NCBI RefSeq assembly: GCF_036321535.1
Contig: NC_087437.1
Coordinates: 2,542,001-2,606,000 of the forward strand
Direction: 5' to 3'
Length of the DNA stretch: 64,000 nt
Source: Camelus dromedarius
Lineage: Eukaryota
This document shows, in pieces, positions 1 to 11,887 of this stretch. The notes beneath the pieces were generated by a model. The model was given only the letters and a program-made list of their open reading frames with translations. It was not told the origin of the DNA and ran no database searches. The position numbers were made by a program, and so were the translations under genes. Positions within the stretch are counted from its first letter, which is position 1, and the number at the start of each line of letters is the position of its first letter.

Positions 1-169
1 ATTCTAAGCTCACAATTGGTAGATACTGGAAAACAGACTGTAACTTATTCCTATTCATCATATACTTCTTATCTATTTCCTTGGCATTTATGACAGATTT
101 CCTGTCATAACAACTGAACTTTTACAACCTAAACAAAGGGAATAGAAATTTAAGTCATATTTTTAGAAT

Positions 170-265
170 TCAAATAGATTTCATTATGACGTAGTACGTG
201 TACTATATTACCTGTACAATCAAATAGATTTCATTATGATAGAGTATGTGTGTTATATAACCTGC
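170..265. repeat. Two-copy tandem duplication, period 50 bp
   Basis: caaatagatttcattatga at 171 and 221. Confidence 0.85.
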
Positions 266-1309
266 AGCGTGGTGCAGAAGTCCATGTCTCCTCATGCACT
301 CACATTCAAAAAATACTAAAATGCTTCTTACATTTAAGACCTTATTCTAGGTGCTCCAGGAAATGCACAATTACATTCCCTAATCTCTAGCGGTGTATAC
401 TGATGCAGGGGTTATAAAATGAATATGTAAATCACTATACTACAAAGTATCTGAAACTTGAAATTTTAGAATGGGACACGAGGACTGGACATATTTTTTA
501 AACTATAATACAAAAGAATTCTGAAGTAGGTTTTATCATATGGTTGTTATTAACAGTCTACTTTGAGAGCTGGTTGTTATTTCAGGGAAAACATGTATTC
601 TTCAATTAGATGAGGAGTTTTGAATATACTCTTAATGGGATAATTTAGAAAACACAGAGGAATCTATAATATGGATTTTGAGAAACAGAATTTTAATTTC
701 TAAATTTCTATAATTTCAATTATTATTTTAGTCTTAATGCAGAACCAGAGATAGAAATAAAGTAAAACAAACAAACAAACAAATAAAACAATAACCTCTT
801 TCCTCACAACTCTCTGATACCAAAAGAAAAAGTGTCCAAGGGGAAAAAAACAGACACATGCTACGCAGTTTTGGAACTGAAAGGCCCCAGGAAGAGGCCA
901 TGATTATCACAGTAAGTAGCTGTGTGCACTGAAGATGTCCCTGAAGCACGAGTATTATACAAGTGGCGTCAGTGTGGTTTAAAAGTCAAAGAACCCTTAT
1001 CCTTGGCCAAGCTTCACACTTCCTCTATAGTGGGAAACCTTTTCACAGTACAGTTTTCATGTCAATATATATGTTCTAGTCCATTTTGCTTCAGCACTAT
1101 CTTCAGTATTTACCAAAGTAAAAAAAAGAAAAGAAAAAGAAAAAGAAAAAAATCAACCTCTCATATTTTTATAAAATGGTTTACTCTGACCAAATTTCTA
1201 ACACAAACATAAAACAATGATAGGCAGAGCACTGCTAAATTTTAAGAGTAAATACTACACAAAACTAAATTCAGAGCAGAAAAATGAATTTCACAAGAGA
1301 ACACTTTAC

Positions 1310-1379
1310 CTTGGGAGTAAGAGCTAAGTCATCATCTGATGGAGGCCTTGAATCATCAATATCATGTTTGGGTGAAACG
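1310..1379 (-). CDS. ANKRD26-like: ANKRD26-like exon 9 (70 nt); gene probably continues beyond window start
   Basis: ccaaag| acceptor; VSPKHDIDDSRPPSDDDLALTPK resembles LSGKPGVDDSWPTSDDEDLNFDTK; AAG|GTAAAG donor. Confidence 0.88.
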
Positions 1380-1469
1380 CTTTGGAGCAAAAATACACAT
1401 CAAAAATGAGTGAGTTCATTTCTTTAAACAAACTAGTCACAAAAGTCTATGCTGAGGGATAAGAAAGCA

Positions 1470-1695
1470 GATCTGGGAGCCAGGCTGCCTGATGGTCAAG
1501 TCACAGCTCAACTACTTGCTAACCATGGAATCATGGGTCAACCAGTCAACCTCCTTAAGCTACACTTGCCTAGTTAACTAACAGTAAGCTGTAACAGCAC
1601 AGCTACTCTGCAAAGCTGTTGTGGTGACTGTACGAGGTAACAAATGTCAAGTACATAACACGGTGTCTAACCCAGAGTAGGACACTCAACAAGCC
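1470..1695. mobile_element. MIR SINE remnant (boundaries approximate)
   Basis: tctgggagccaggctgcctg...catgggtcaaccagtcaacctc...gtaggacactcaacaa follows the MIR layout. Confidence 0.7.
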
Positions 1696-1758
1696 TTCTT
1701 TCTTTTCTCTGTGTTCCCTTAGTCAACATGTAATTTTTAAAAATCCATAAAATCCTAC

Positions 1759-1810
1759 CTGATGACAGAGATATCTTCATTCCTCGGTGAAACCTCAACC
1801 ACTAAATCCG
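1759..1810 (-). CDS. ANKRD26-like: ANKRD26-like exon 8 (52 nt)
   Basis: ttttttccttaatag| acceptor; DLVVEVSPRNEDISVI(S); CAG|GTAGGA donor; phase 1-2, positionally like the short VDESSEDSLSR exon. Confidence 0.75.
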
Positions 1811-2199
1811 CTATTAAGGAAAAAAGTAAAATAGACTTCATATCAGCAATAGAAAAACACAGAATATTTAAAGTGTAAGACCAATGTTCTGTTAACAAGC
1901 TTTCCTTTGGGACCACACCTGGAGACTACACACTTGAGTGAATACTGAGTATACTCCTGGTAGGTAATTAATGCATAAAAGCCACTACCCCTCCTTTATA
2001 TTTACCAAAAAGAAAAAGGGTGTTTATCCAAGTTTGGTATTTTGAAGTGAATTGTTGTTTACAAGGACCAAAATCCCAACCAAACTTTACAAGACTCACA
2101 AAAGAATGATAATCATTACTAAAATCAGCATCATAAACTGACAACATCACGCTCACACAGCGTGGTGTTTCTGGACGACACCCATGGGACTAACCCACC

Positions 2200-2378
2200 C
2201 TGCCATTTAGCTTTGTCAGCCTCGTGTTATCTGGGCACGGTCATCCCTTTTCGCTCACATACGGTCTAGGGCTGCCTTCACACTGCAATGGCAGACATGA
2301 GTACATGTGACAGACACCACATGGCCTAAAATATTGACTCTCTGGCCCTTTGTAGAAAAAGCTTGTGCATCCCTGCCT
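2200..2378. mobile_element. MER58-like hAT DNA transposon remnant
   Basis: ends ...ggcctaaaatattgactctctggccctttgtagaaaaagcttgtgcatccctg. Confidence 0.65.
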
Positions 2379-2409
2379 TATGTCACAACCAGGAAACCCT
2401 AAGACTCAC

Positions 2410-2577
2410 GTCGAATCTTCTTACTCTTCTGCTCAACATTCTTCAGTGGATCCATGCGGCTGCCATTGCTGGTTCCCAACTCGACAACCATTTCTTCTTT
2501 GTCGTCCTTGCCAGACAATTGCAACTTTTCTTTGATGTTTTCTGCCCCAGTACGCGAAGAAGGTAATCTCTTCTTAG
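2410..2577 (-). CDS. ANKRD26-like: ANKRD26-like candidate exon 7 (168 nt, not recognised from canonical ANKRD26)
   Basis: tttctctttttgcag| acceptor; C|GTGAGT donor; phase 1-1; open frame AKKRLPSSRTGAENIKEKLQLSGKDDKEEMVVELGTSNGSRMDPLKNVEQKSKKIR. Confidence 0.7.
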
Positions 2578-4647
2578 CTGCAAAAAGAGAAATGATTATT
2601 CTGCGGTCATCACAGTAACTACATCTCCTTCCCCCGAGGCTGGCTTAGGCATGAGCATGCGATGTAGTTCAGCCAGTAAGATGCCAGGGGAAGTCTACCG
2701 GAAGCGTCTGTTTTCTTCCTCGTTAACAGGAAACATGCAGAGGGAAGCAGCCCTCCTCGCCTGCGGATACTGTCAGGTGAGAAGACGACGCTTGGAGCTG
2801 CTGCCAATCAGCAGACCAGGAAAGGCGACATCAAACACCAGCAGCCTCACAGCTGAAGGAGGGACAGCGTCTGGGATCCTGACGACATCACCGAACCTTC
2901 TAACCAATCCTGACTCCTGTTGCTGTAGCCACTGTTACTTAGGGCTCCTATTATTATTTGTGGCTAAAAGCATTCTGACACATTTCCCAAGGTCTACAGC
3001 AGACCTCCTCCTTTCTATAGTACTAGAAAGGCTTTCAGAAGCGTGCCTGAGCTAGGTAGTCACCTCGTTCCCAACCATTCCTACAGCATCCTTCCTGCAC
3101 CAACAAAACGAAACTCATACATCCTGCAAAGTTCACTGGCACATCTTAGCCTCTGCACTGCTGTCCTTTCTGCCAAATGTAATCTTCAAAGATGTTCCGC
3201 CCACCAAACACTGCCCTTCTGCCTCCTTCCCTGGCAAACTTCTACTCGCTCTGCATGGCTTACCTGACATCCTACCCACTTTTCAAAAACTTCTTTCCTC
3301 ACCATGGACTTAAAGTATTTGGCACGTATTAAATACCAATAAAAATATATATAAAGACAGTTACAAAGTCCTCGTGGGCTCTGGGACACAGTAAGCAGAG
3401 AATAAAGTAAAGCAAATCTTAAAAATGGTGATGACAGTAACGAGCTCCCGGAGGCCAGGAACTGTGCTTTTGACCTGTTCGCATTCTGTAAAGTCAGAGT
3501 GGTGATTAGTACCTAAAAGACACTTGAGAGTCATCTGTTAAGTGGATGAATTAACAGATAAGAATGTTTTCTTTGAAAATCCTGTTTAAAAAAAATACAC
3601 ACATTAACCAGGGACAACTCTGTTGTGTTATGAGCACCTTGAAGACCAAAACTCTGTCTATTCCATCTTTGTATTTCCTGCAACAGAACTTCTTTGCTTG
3701 ATCCAGGCCTACCAAGTTAAAGGTGCCCTCATACAGTTCAGACCGAACAGCACCCTAGGGGTCACATCTAGGCAACATAGTCTTCTTTTTTTCATGTGAA
3801 GCACTTCTGTGCTTTTATTACAATTTGTTGAGTCCTGAGTTGTGCTATTTGAGTATTTATTATGACAATCCTTTAACTAATGGCAATAGAAAATCTTGTT
3901 CCAACAAAATATAGTTTCATGACAAGAATCCCCCAAAAACAAGAAAACATCTGACTCTCATGAAGGCAACATGTCTCATTCTGTTTGCACTTCTGAGGAA
4001 TGCAATCGGTAAGAAAGAGACCTTGTTGGTGTAATGATGTGAAAAGTAACCAGTGCTTCTCAACAAGACACTGCTTTCCTGACTTCTGCACTATCACTAG
4101 GTGTCTTTAAAAAACAATCTCTTATTAGTATGCTACACACTGGCCCAGCTGTGCAGTTCTAATTGTTGGCCATTTGTTTACAGCACCAGGAAGGTATTCC
4201 TGAGCTCCCAGTGTTAAAGACAATAACTTTTTAGTGAGACTACTCATTATGCAATAACTAGCATTCATTTACTGGAAGTAATCCGTTTGCTGTAAAAATT
4301 AAAGATCCAGTTCTGTAACAAGGCCAACTTGTTATAATGTTAGAGGAAATGTACAACAAAGTGAAAACCCTGTTTTTCTTATTTACACAAAGATGGAATA
4401 TGGCATTTCAGGAGCCATGATTAAATAAATGAATTTGTTTTCAGACAATATTGTCTCACATTTTAAATTACCTACAATTAACTTCTTAAATAATTCTGAA
4501 TACTAGACCATTAAGAAAAAATTAATGAAAAAAATAAAAACATACATGAAATTTACACACTGGCTTTTTTCACTGCTCTTCCATTATCAAAATTTCCTCA
4601 ATCTTACTTCCTTATCTATGGGAGGCCCAACAAGAGTAACTTATTAC

Positions 4648-4730
4648 CAGAACTCTGTCCTAGGTCGGTATTTTGAGGGGGAGTAGTTGCTATATTTCCA
4701 TCTGTGTAGTCGACAATCAGCTGGTAAAGG
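4648..4730 (-). CDS. ANKRD26-like: ANKRD26-like exon 6 (71-nt core; 83 nt if the downstream in-frame donor is used)
   Basis: cacag| acceptor; HLYQLIVDYTDGNIATTPPQNTDL resembles SHQLISEYKEERIPKHSSQNSNS; the expected donor after 4660 reads GA; in-frame TG|GTAATA lies 12 nt on. Confidence 0.75.
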
Positions 4731-5560
4731 CTGTGTATAAAAAAATGGGATAAATAAATATTACTACTTGAATACTAATATCAAAAACAATTACCAAGTA
4801 TATTAAATTCTTAGATTATTTCAGACAATATCAGAGGTAATATCAAAACTTCAACTGTCCCATATACTTCAAACTTGTACAATCTACACTTTTAAATTTA
4901 GGATGTATAATTAAAAAAGAAAAAAAAGGAAGGTGAAGTAGTCATGAACTGAGGGCAGTACAGCTCAGTAAGTAAACTAGAGCGAGCCTGACATAAGGTA
5001 AGTGTCTCGAACTCAGAAGTCCCAGCTCTATAACCAACAGCTATTTGTTCCTGGAAAAGGGGCTTCTCTTCAGCTCAAAGTCTTCCTTTATAAAACTGGG
5101 ATCTTACTGTCTTGTTAGGCAATTAGTTATTAATACTCATAAGACTATTACAAAGATTTAATGAGATAATGTATTCCTCAGATGCTGAGAGAAATAGGGG
5201 AAGAATGGAATAATCTGTTCTTGAACTTTAATGCTGGAACTATTTGAGAATCCCAAATAAAACCCAATGTGTGTTTTTTTTATAGGTGTAACATTTAGAT
5301 GTGGCAGTTTTCAGAAAATGTTACAAATTATGGTGATTAGCTGTTCTTCGTGGTTTATAATTCAGGACACCTCAGCTACTATATAACTTGTAGCTAAACT
5401 CATTTATAAATATATGACCTCATACAAGCATATGTATGAGAACTAAACAAGCTGTCACGCCGAAGTTTACGTGTCGATCGCCACGAAGACCGCGGAAACT
5501 GGATCAGCACAGGCATCCCGGGAGCAGAGGTCAGTCATGACCCGACTGCACGACCAGTTT

Positions 5561-5651
5561 CTTTTTCCTTTTCTTCTTTTAAAATTTTATTAAAGGTCTT
5601 TAGAGAGCAACATCCAGACCCAGACTCAGCTGCCAAGGAGATCCTGTTAAA
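5561..5651 (-). pseudogene. RPS3: Very short 5'-truncated RPS3 retrocopy (stop codon, 3'UTR, A-tail)
   Basis: Minus strand TAACAGGATCTCCTTGGCAGCTG...TCTGGATGTTGCTCTCTAAAGACCTTTAATAAAATTTT plus A-rich tail matches the recalled RPS3 mRNA 3' end; flanking repeats accagttt (5553-5560) and actagttt (5652-5659). Confidence 0.8.
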
Positions 5652-6184
5652 ACTAGTTTTAGTACCAACGCTGCAGCAACAGAATCAAGGGAAACAAGAG
5701 AACGATTAGCATGCCCTCGCCCTGCCCCAATGTCTTTGGGAGAGGATTGTCACTGTGGCCTTAGGGAATCCCTTATGTTCTTGAAAAATTCAACAGGAAG
5801 ATTATAGAAGAAAGCCCCCAAAGGAAAATACAGGATTTTCTGCTCTGCTAAACATTTCAAGACCCAAATGACTAGTTAGAAAAATCAGATATGTGACATT
5901 ACTTGAACCCCATTCATAGGGGTTACACTGAAATGAAATGGAGACCAGTAGGACCCTAAGGATAAAGGTCTTACAAACCCTGAGATAAAGAACCCCGTGC
6001 CCACTGCTCCATCTCACTAGTCTGGCCTTTTGCTGGTTTCCAGCTGGTGATGGGGAGGGTCTCACTGCCATCCCCAAAGTGCCTGCTCCCAACTAGGAAC
6101 TCTCACCTGTCATGTAACAAGTAACAGTTAGGTCATTTTCAACCTCAATTTACAGATAACTGCCATTTTAATGTAAACACTTAC

Positions 6185-6322
6185 TGTTTAAAACCATTAC
6201 GACAAGCATATCTTTCAGCAGACATTCCGTGTAAATCTCGAGAACTGGCATTAACGTGCTTCTGAAGCAGCAGCTTGACTGTGTCCGGTGAGTCATGAAA
6301 CACAGCAAGCATGAGCGCTGAT
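6185..6322 (-). CDS. ANKRD26-like: ANKRD26-like exon 5 (138 nt, last ankyrin repeat, POTE/ANKRD30-type)
   Basis: ttttattttag| acceptor; SALMLAVFHDSPDTVKLLLQKHVNASSRDLHGMSAERYACRNGFK; CA|GTAAGT donor; phase 2-2. Confidence 0.9.
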
Positions 6323-7634
6323 CTAAAATAAAAGAGACAACTTCACCCTTAGGAACTTAGTTAGCGTAACTCAAGCAGTTAATTTGGTCTAGTTTACCAA
6401 GTTAATATCTAGCCCACCCCTGGAGAACTGACCATTTACATGCTCAAGTGCTCATCTTTGCAAATCCCCTCCAAGGCCAAAATGGAGGGACAAAAAAGAA
6501 GCCTCCTGTCCTACTAGGGTAGCACATAGTAGAAGCTGCTAACTTAAAGTCCTCTGATGGACAAGAAAGGATGCTGAGGTCACTTATCTGAAGTAGGTAA
6601 AGGTTTAAATAAAGGATTCCCAATTTCTTCTCTAGTCTGAAATATAATACTTTAAAATCAGCTAGAGGTCAGGTAAGGAGAAGCTGTTTGCAGGCTGAAA
6701 ACAGTAACATGAATAAAAATGGCAACAAAAATAGTCACGGCTGCAGTTAACCACGCTGAGAAGCATGTGCCCGGCACTAACCTGAACAGTCTACGCATGG
6801 TCTTTCTTAGGCACAACCACCCTTGAAGGATGTACGACGACCCTCCTTTACGTGACACGAAACGTACTGGTTGGTGATAAATCATGTCCCCCAGGTAACA
6901 CACCTGACCAGCAGGAGAGCTGGGAATTCAACCTCGTCTGACTCTAAAGCCCAGCTCCTTCCTCTCTATCATCCACCAATGACCTGTCTTCTTTAAAGGG
7001 AGTGTTTATTCAATAATTCAAGCTATTTTTCTTCCTTCTACCATTATCAATTGAAAATAAAAACATCAAACTGTACAAGAAATGAAAAAGGATAAAAACT
7101 GATGAGCCCACAGTATCTGGTCATAGTTACTCTCTTAGTGATACTCACTTAGTGATAACCTAAACACATCACTATCCTTCAAAGAAAGTAATTTAAAGCA
7201 GAATCATCCAAAAGGCAAAACAAACTCCTCTCTGTTTAATATGCATCTTTTAAGAAAAAAATATACACCAAGTAGAGGTTAAAAAAAATTATAAAAGAAT
7301 GAAGAAATTCAACACTGTCTCATAAGGTAAATTAAAATTAGAGTCCATACTAATAAAACTAAAATGAAATCCCTGAACTATGGTAAGATCACATGACCAA
7401 AAAAATCAGGTTGCAAATGACAGCAGTCACTACCATAAAGGAAGATGAATCCTGCTGCATACCGTTCTTCGTGACACCAGGCAGAATAATTGCTTTTCTA
7501 CCTGACTGAGGATGTGTTGATTCCAAGTTAATCCTCTTCTTATTAAGTTAATCTTTCTGATTGGCTGTTACTACTCTAGAACAACATTAAGATTAAACAA
7601 AAAAAAAAGAGGGAGAGAGAACAAACTATTGTAC

Positions 7635-7741
7635 CTTTGCATCTTGTCGACTGCATGTACATTTGCCCCGTTCTCAATCAAAAATTTGACCATCTCTTCT
7701 TTGTTCTCCCTGACGGCGACTAAAAATGGTGTGAAGTTAGA
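7635..7741 (-). CDS. ANKRD26-like: ANKRD26-like exon 4 (107 nt, ankyrin repeat)
   Basis: ttttacag| acceptor; SNFTPFLVAVRENKEEMVKFLIENGANVHAVDKMQ(R); AAG|GTACAA donor. Confidence 0.92.
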
Positions 7742-8987
7742 CTGTAAAATAGTAAAAACATTTGATAATGTACAAAATTACATATACATTTCAAAACTGA
7801 ATTTAAAAACTTAAGCCTCTGAACTTAAAACATATACTATAAAAAAGTAAATAACAAGTAGCCCCTTCCTCCTCGCCCCTCTGTGCCCCTTCTCTTGAAA
7901 AGGTTCCTCCTTGGCCTCCTGGAAAGTTTCCCTGTGAAGTCATTCTCTGAAACCCACTTCAGACATTTGCTGGTTCCAAGAACCTTCGCTTCTATCGCAG
8001 CGTGTGTCAGGCATTCTCTAGTTACCTTACTGCTCAACTACTACTCCTGACACTCTAAACACTGCTCCAGAGAGAGCCATTTAGCTACTGAATCAACTAC
8101 ATTTTTAAGGAGCCACGCTGAGGAGAAAGATACCATACTGTCTGCAACATGCATAACCTATCCAGTTACAACTACGACTAATCTCATAAAGCTTGCACAC
8201 ATTCCAATGGGAATATGACTACTTGCATGTAAAGAAAAGGTTTTTCTTAAACCAACTTATAAATTCTAATTTGAAAACTTCCATCCCACTCTTAAGGGAT
8301 TATTATAAAATATGAAGTAGACTATAAATTAATATAGGCTGTCTTTAAAATATTGAAATACTTATCAAAATATACAACAGGAATTGTAAATTCAAATGCT
8401 TACAGAGGCAACATAGGTGGCCCGAGTAAGTGAAGGTCCCAGGTGAGGACAGCACACCGGAGAACACACGCCCCACCGAGAAGGGGCCACCTCTGCAGGG
8501 CAGACCGTACAGGAGCCTGGGCTCAAGGGGGACCAGATTTGATTCTTGAGGAGAAGTTCTGAAGTGCAGATTTCTGCACAAGTCTCCTAAATTTTAAATG
8601 TTGACTCAATGTGTGGAGACAAACTGAACATACCCAGGGCCATGTTTAGTCTATAGCCCACTTGTGTTTTTATGTTTGCTGTGTTTCCAAACAGTTGGGT
8701 GTAAATCAAGTATTTGTATGTAAAACCTTGCCTTCCTGTAGAATCATATGTCTTACACACGAAAACACTGGACCCCAACATGAAATAAAAATTGTGATTA
8801 AGACTCATAATACCCACTTCAAGAATTTTTCCAATGCCTGCTAAAACTACAATCTACCTGTATCTTATTCTCCCTGATTGTTAATCAAATGGATCATCAG
8901 TTCATAAGACGGCTGAAACTAAATTATTATAACAATTCCAATTTGTTACTAATGTCATGGGTCTTGATGTTTAAAACTGCCATCTTG

Positions 8988-9600
8988 CATGGTACACTTA
9001 TATACAATGGAATACGACTCAGCCATAAAAAAGAATGAAATAATGCCACTTGCAGCAACATCGAAGGACCTAGAGAGTCTCATACTGAGTGAGGTAAGTC
9101 AGAAAGTGAAAGACAAATCCCATAGGCTATCACTTAATATGTGGACTCTAAAATATGATACAAATGAACTTATTTACAAAGCAGAAACAGACTCACAGAC
9201 ATAGAAAACAAACTGGTGGTTACCAAAGGGGAAAGGGGTGGGAGAAGAATAAATTAGCAGTTTTGGACTAGCAGATAGAAACTACTATATATAAAATAGA
9301 TGAACAACAAGGTCCTACTGTATATACTACAGGGAACTATACTCAATATCCTGTAATACACCATAACGGAAAAGAATATGAATATATATATGTACATACA
9401 TATAACAGAAAAAGAATATATATAGCTGAATAAGAATATATATATAATTGAATAAGAATATATATAACTGAATAAGAATTTTATATTTAACTGAATAAGA
9501 ATATATATATATAACTGAATAAGAATATATATATATAAAATAGAACCACTTTGCTGTACACCAGAAACTATCACAACACTGTAACTAGACTTTAATTTTA
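8988..9600 (+). mobile_element. 5'-truncated L1 (ORF2 C-terminus and 3'UTR) with TSD and internal AT-rich tandem expansion
   Basis: YTMEYDSAIKKNEIMPLAATSKDLESLILSEVSQK; TSD aaaactgccatcttg (8973-8987) and aaaagctgtcatcttg (9601-9616); aactgaataagaatatatat repeats at ~9400-9540. Confidence 0.9.
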
Positions 9601-10149
9601 AAAAGCTGTCATCTTGATTATGTTAGGGCTCAGTGAATCTAACAGATAGATTGCAAGAGTCTGTCACACAGCTTTAACCAAAAGAAGGCTCATGATTTCC
9701 TATTACTGCAATCAGAAAAACCCTGTTGACCTAATGACCTGGATGGGAACAAATGGTGCAATATCTTTAAAGGGTCTGACTCTACTTACTGAATCACTCA
9801 CCACAACCAAGTTTCTAAGACTGTCTGAGAGCCACTGAATGATCAGTGGTTAGAAGGGAAAAGGAGCTACTCTTCAAGGCAATAGATACTGCCAGTAATA
9901 TTGCCAGGAAGAGACGGATAGAAGTCAGGCTAACATGGCTGGAAACGAGAGCACTGAAAGAAGCAGCATCTATCAAACCCCCGCTCTTCCAGAGACGTCT
10001 TCTTTTTGAGATCTGTGAATTTACATGTATTATATATATCCATTCAATAGTCCTTAACCAAGGGTTGTATCAGAATCTCAGGGAAGTATTTCCAAATACC
10101 TGTGTCCAGACCTGAGTAGGCTTATTCAATCCAAATCTTCAGGGGAGAG

Positions 10150-10730
10150 CCAGGAGGAAAAGCAGGAGGACCACCTGCGCCATCACTTGCTCCCCACCTA
10201 CGGCCACAGCCCCGCAGGGGAGCTGCACCCGGCTGAGCATGGAAGAACCCAAGGTGAAGGTGTACGTGGAGGGCCATGTGGCCACCAGCACAGGTGAATG
10301 CCCCTGCTGGCTGTCAAACATGACCTGACCTCACTTGCCCAGATTCTAGAACCTGGGATCCTGGGGTGCTCAGGGCCTGTGGTTTGCTGCCTCCCCTGCC
10401 CAGGTGCAGTCACCCAGCTCCCCTTGCTGGGTACTGGGTTCCTTCCTCCTCCCACCCACCCCCAGGCAGGCACCCAGCCCTTGCCATCACTTCACTCCCC
10501 GCAAGCCTTCATCTTCTCTAGGCTCTGAGCCTACCACCCACTCCCAGGCACTTCCTAATGGGAAGTTGCTCCTTCTGGGGTACAAGTGCGGCTGGGAGAC
10601 AGAGCTCTGCCCTTTCTGTGGGCACTACCTCTAACCCCTGGCCTTGGCTTTGGAGTTGTTTCCATGGTAACAGGGCCTGGTGTATTCAGTATACATTCTA
10701 CTATAAATAAAACACCTGTAGCTAGAAAAA
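10150..10730 (+). pseudogene. Unidentified processed mRNA 3' fragment in ANKRD intron 3, antisense to the host
   Basis: GC-rich island in an AT-rich intron; frame ...CTRLSMEEPKVKVYVEGHVATSTGECPCWLSNMT* then UTR-like sequence, AATAAA 10706-10711 and short A run; appears to interrupt a MER5A-like remnant. Confidence 0.6.
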
Positions 10731-10774
10731 TCCCTGTATTTCAAATATCTTGTAAATAGTCAGCTGAGCTATAC

Positions 10775-10948
10775 CTGGTTTATCGCCTCGATGTTTGCCT
10801 TATAGTGGAGCAGCTCTGCTGCAATTGATGTATCTTCAGCCAAGACGGCGTAATGCAGAGCAGTGTTCTGACAGTTGTCCGCAAGATTTGGGTCAGCACC
10901 CTGTTTCAGCAGGATAGTGACACACACTTCTTTCTGGCATTGTACAGC
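10775..10948 (-). CDS. ANKRD26-like: ANKRD26-like exon 3 (174 nt, ankyrin repeats)
   Basis: aacag|G acceptor; AVQCQKEVCVTILLKQGADPNLADNCQNTALHYAVLAEDTSIAAELLHYKANIEAINQ; CAG|GTATAG donor. Confidence 0.93.
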
Positions 10949-11110
10949 CTGTTGGTATCACACCAAGAAACAGACTGTAAGTACTAGGCATTCCAAGTTA
11001 ACATTCCTCAAGTCCCAGCAGCTCGTTATATTTAAAACAGATACATTCATTTTTATTCTAAGTAAGTAAATCGAATCCATCTCACGTGGACACGGTTGGC
11101 TGCTACACAC

Positions 11111-11225
11111 CTTGATGAGAGCTGTCTTGCTTTCCTCATCACGAGCATCCAGGTCACACTTCCACTGGATAAGGAGAGCCACCACTGATGACTGGCCGCT
11201 GGCGCAGGCTAAGTGTAGTGCAGTC
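11111..11225 (-). CDS. ANKRD26-like: ANKRD26-like exon 2 (115 nt, ankyrin repeat)
   Basis: ctcag|G acceptor; TALHLACASGQSSVVALLIQWKCDLDARDEESKTALIK; AAG|GTGTGT donor; phase matches exon 1. Confidence 0.93.
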
Positions 11226-11887
11226 CTGAGAACATGAGAGGACTTTTTAGGAAATTAGAGCGTACTAGTTCAAAGGTACAGTTACTCGTGTAATTGTAAA
11301 CATTCAACAGCATGCTATTCCTACCCCTTTAAAACTAACATTTAGTCTTCTTATCTTCGTTCTTTCTATGGGGAAAGAACAATATTTATTAGCTCTTATT
11401 ACTCACCACATTAATGGAAGAACTACCTGTTTCAATAGAAAGGGCATGCCGTTGAGATTCAGCTCACCTTGGGTCTGACTTCTACTTTAACTCTGTCCCT
11501 TATTAGCTCTCACTTAGCCTGACTGTGCCTCAATTTCCTCATCAACAAAATGGGCATGAATTAGTAGTTATCTTACAGGACGCCGCTGTGATGCTTAAAT
11601 GAAAACCTATGCAAAGTGTCTGGCAGTTGAACAGCTCAATAATTGTTAGATAATATTATAATTGTTACCTTTACTGTTTTACCAAGACAACATTTCAATT
11701 AAGTAAAATGATAGTGTATCTACTTTGCTGCTGCAAGGATGAGAACACTGTACTTCAATGATTCTAACATGCTCATTGTCTCACACTTGAACATCTCTGA
11801 CATGGGAAGGCAATTTAAAATCCATGTCTTACAACCACAGTTGGCAGCTCCTCCTAGGCCCGCCCCACCCCGCACCACCTCTGTTAC

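Noticed and set aside
5660..6110. Retained RPS3 intron upstream of the RPS3 fragment
   Set aside because: The 8-bp flanking repeats close the insert at 5651, and the adjacent sequence reads as host ANKRD-family intron
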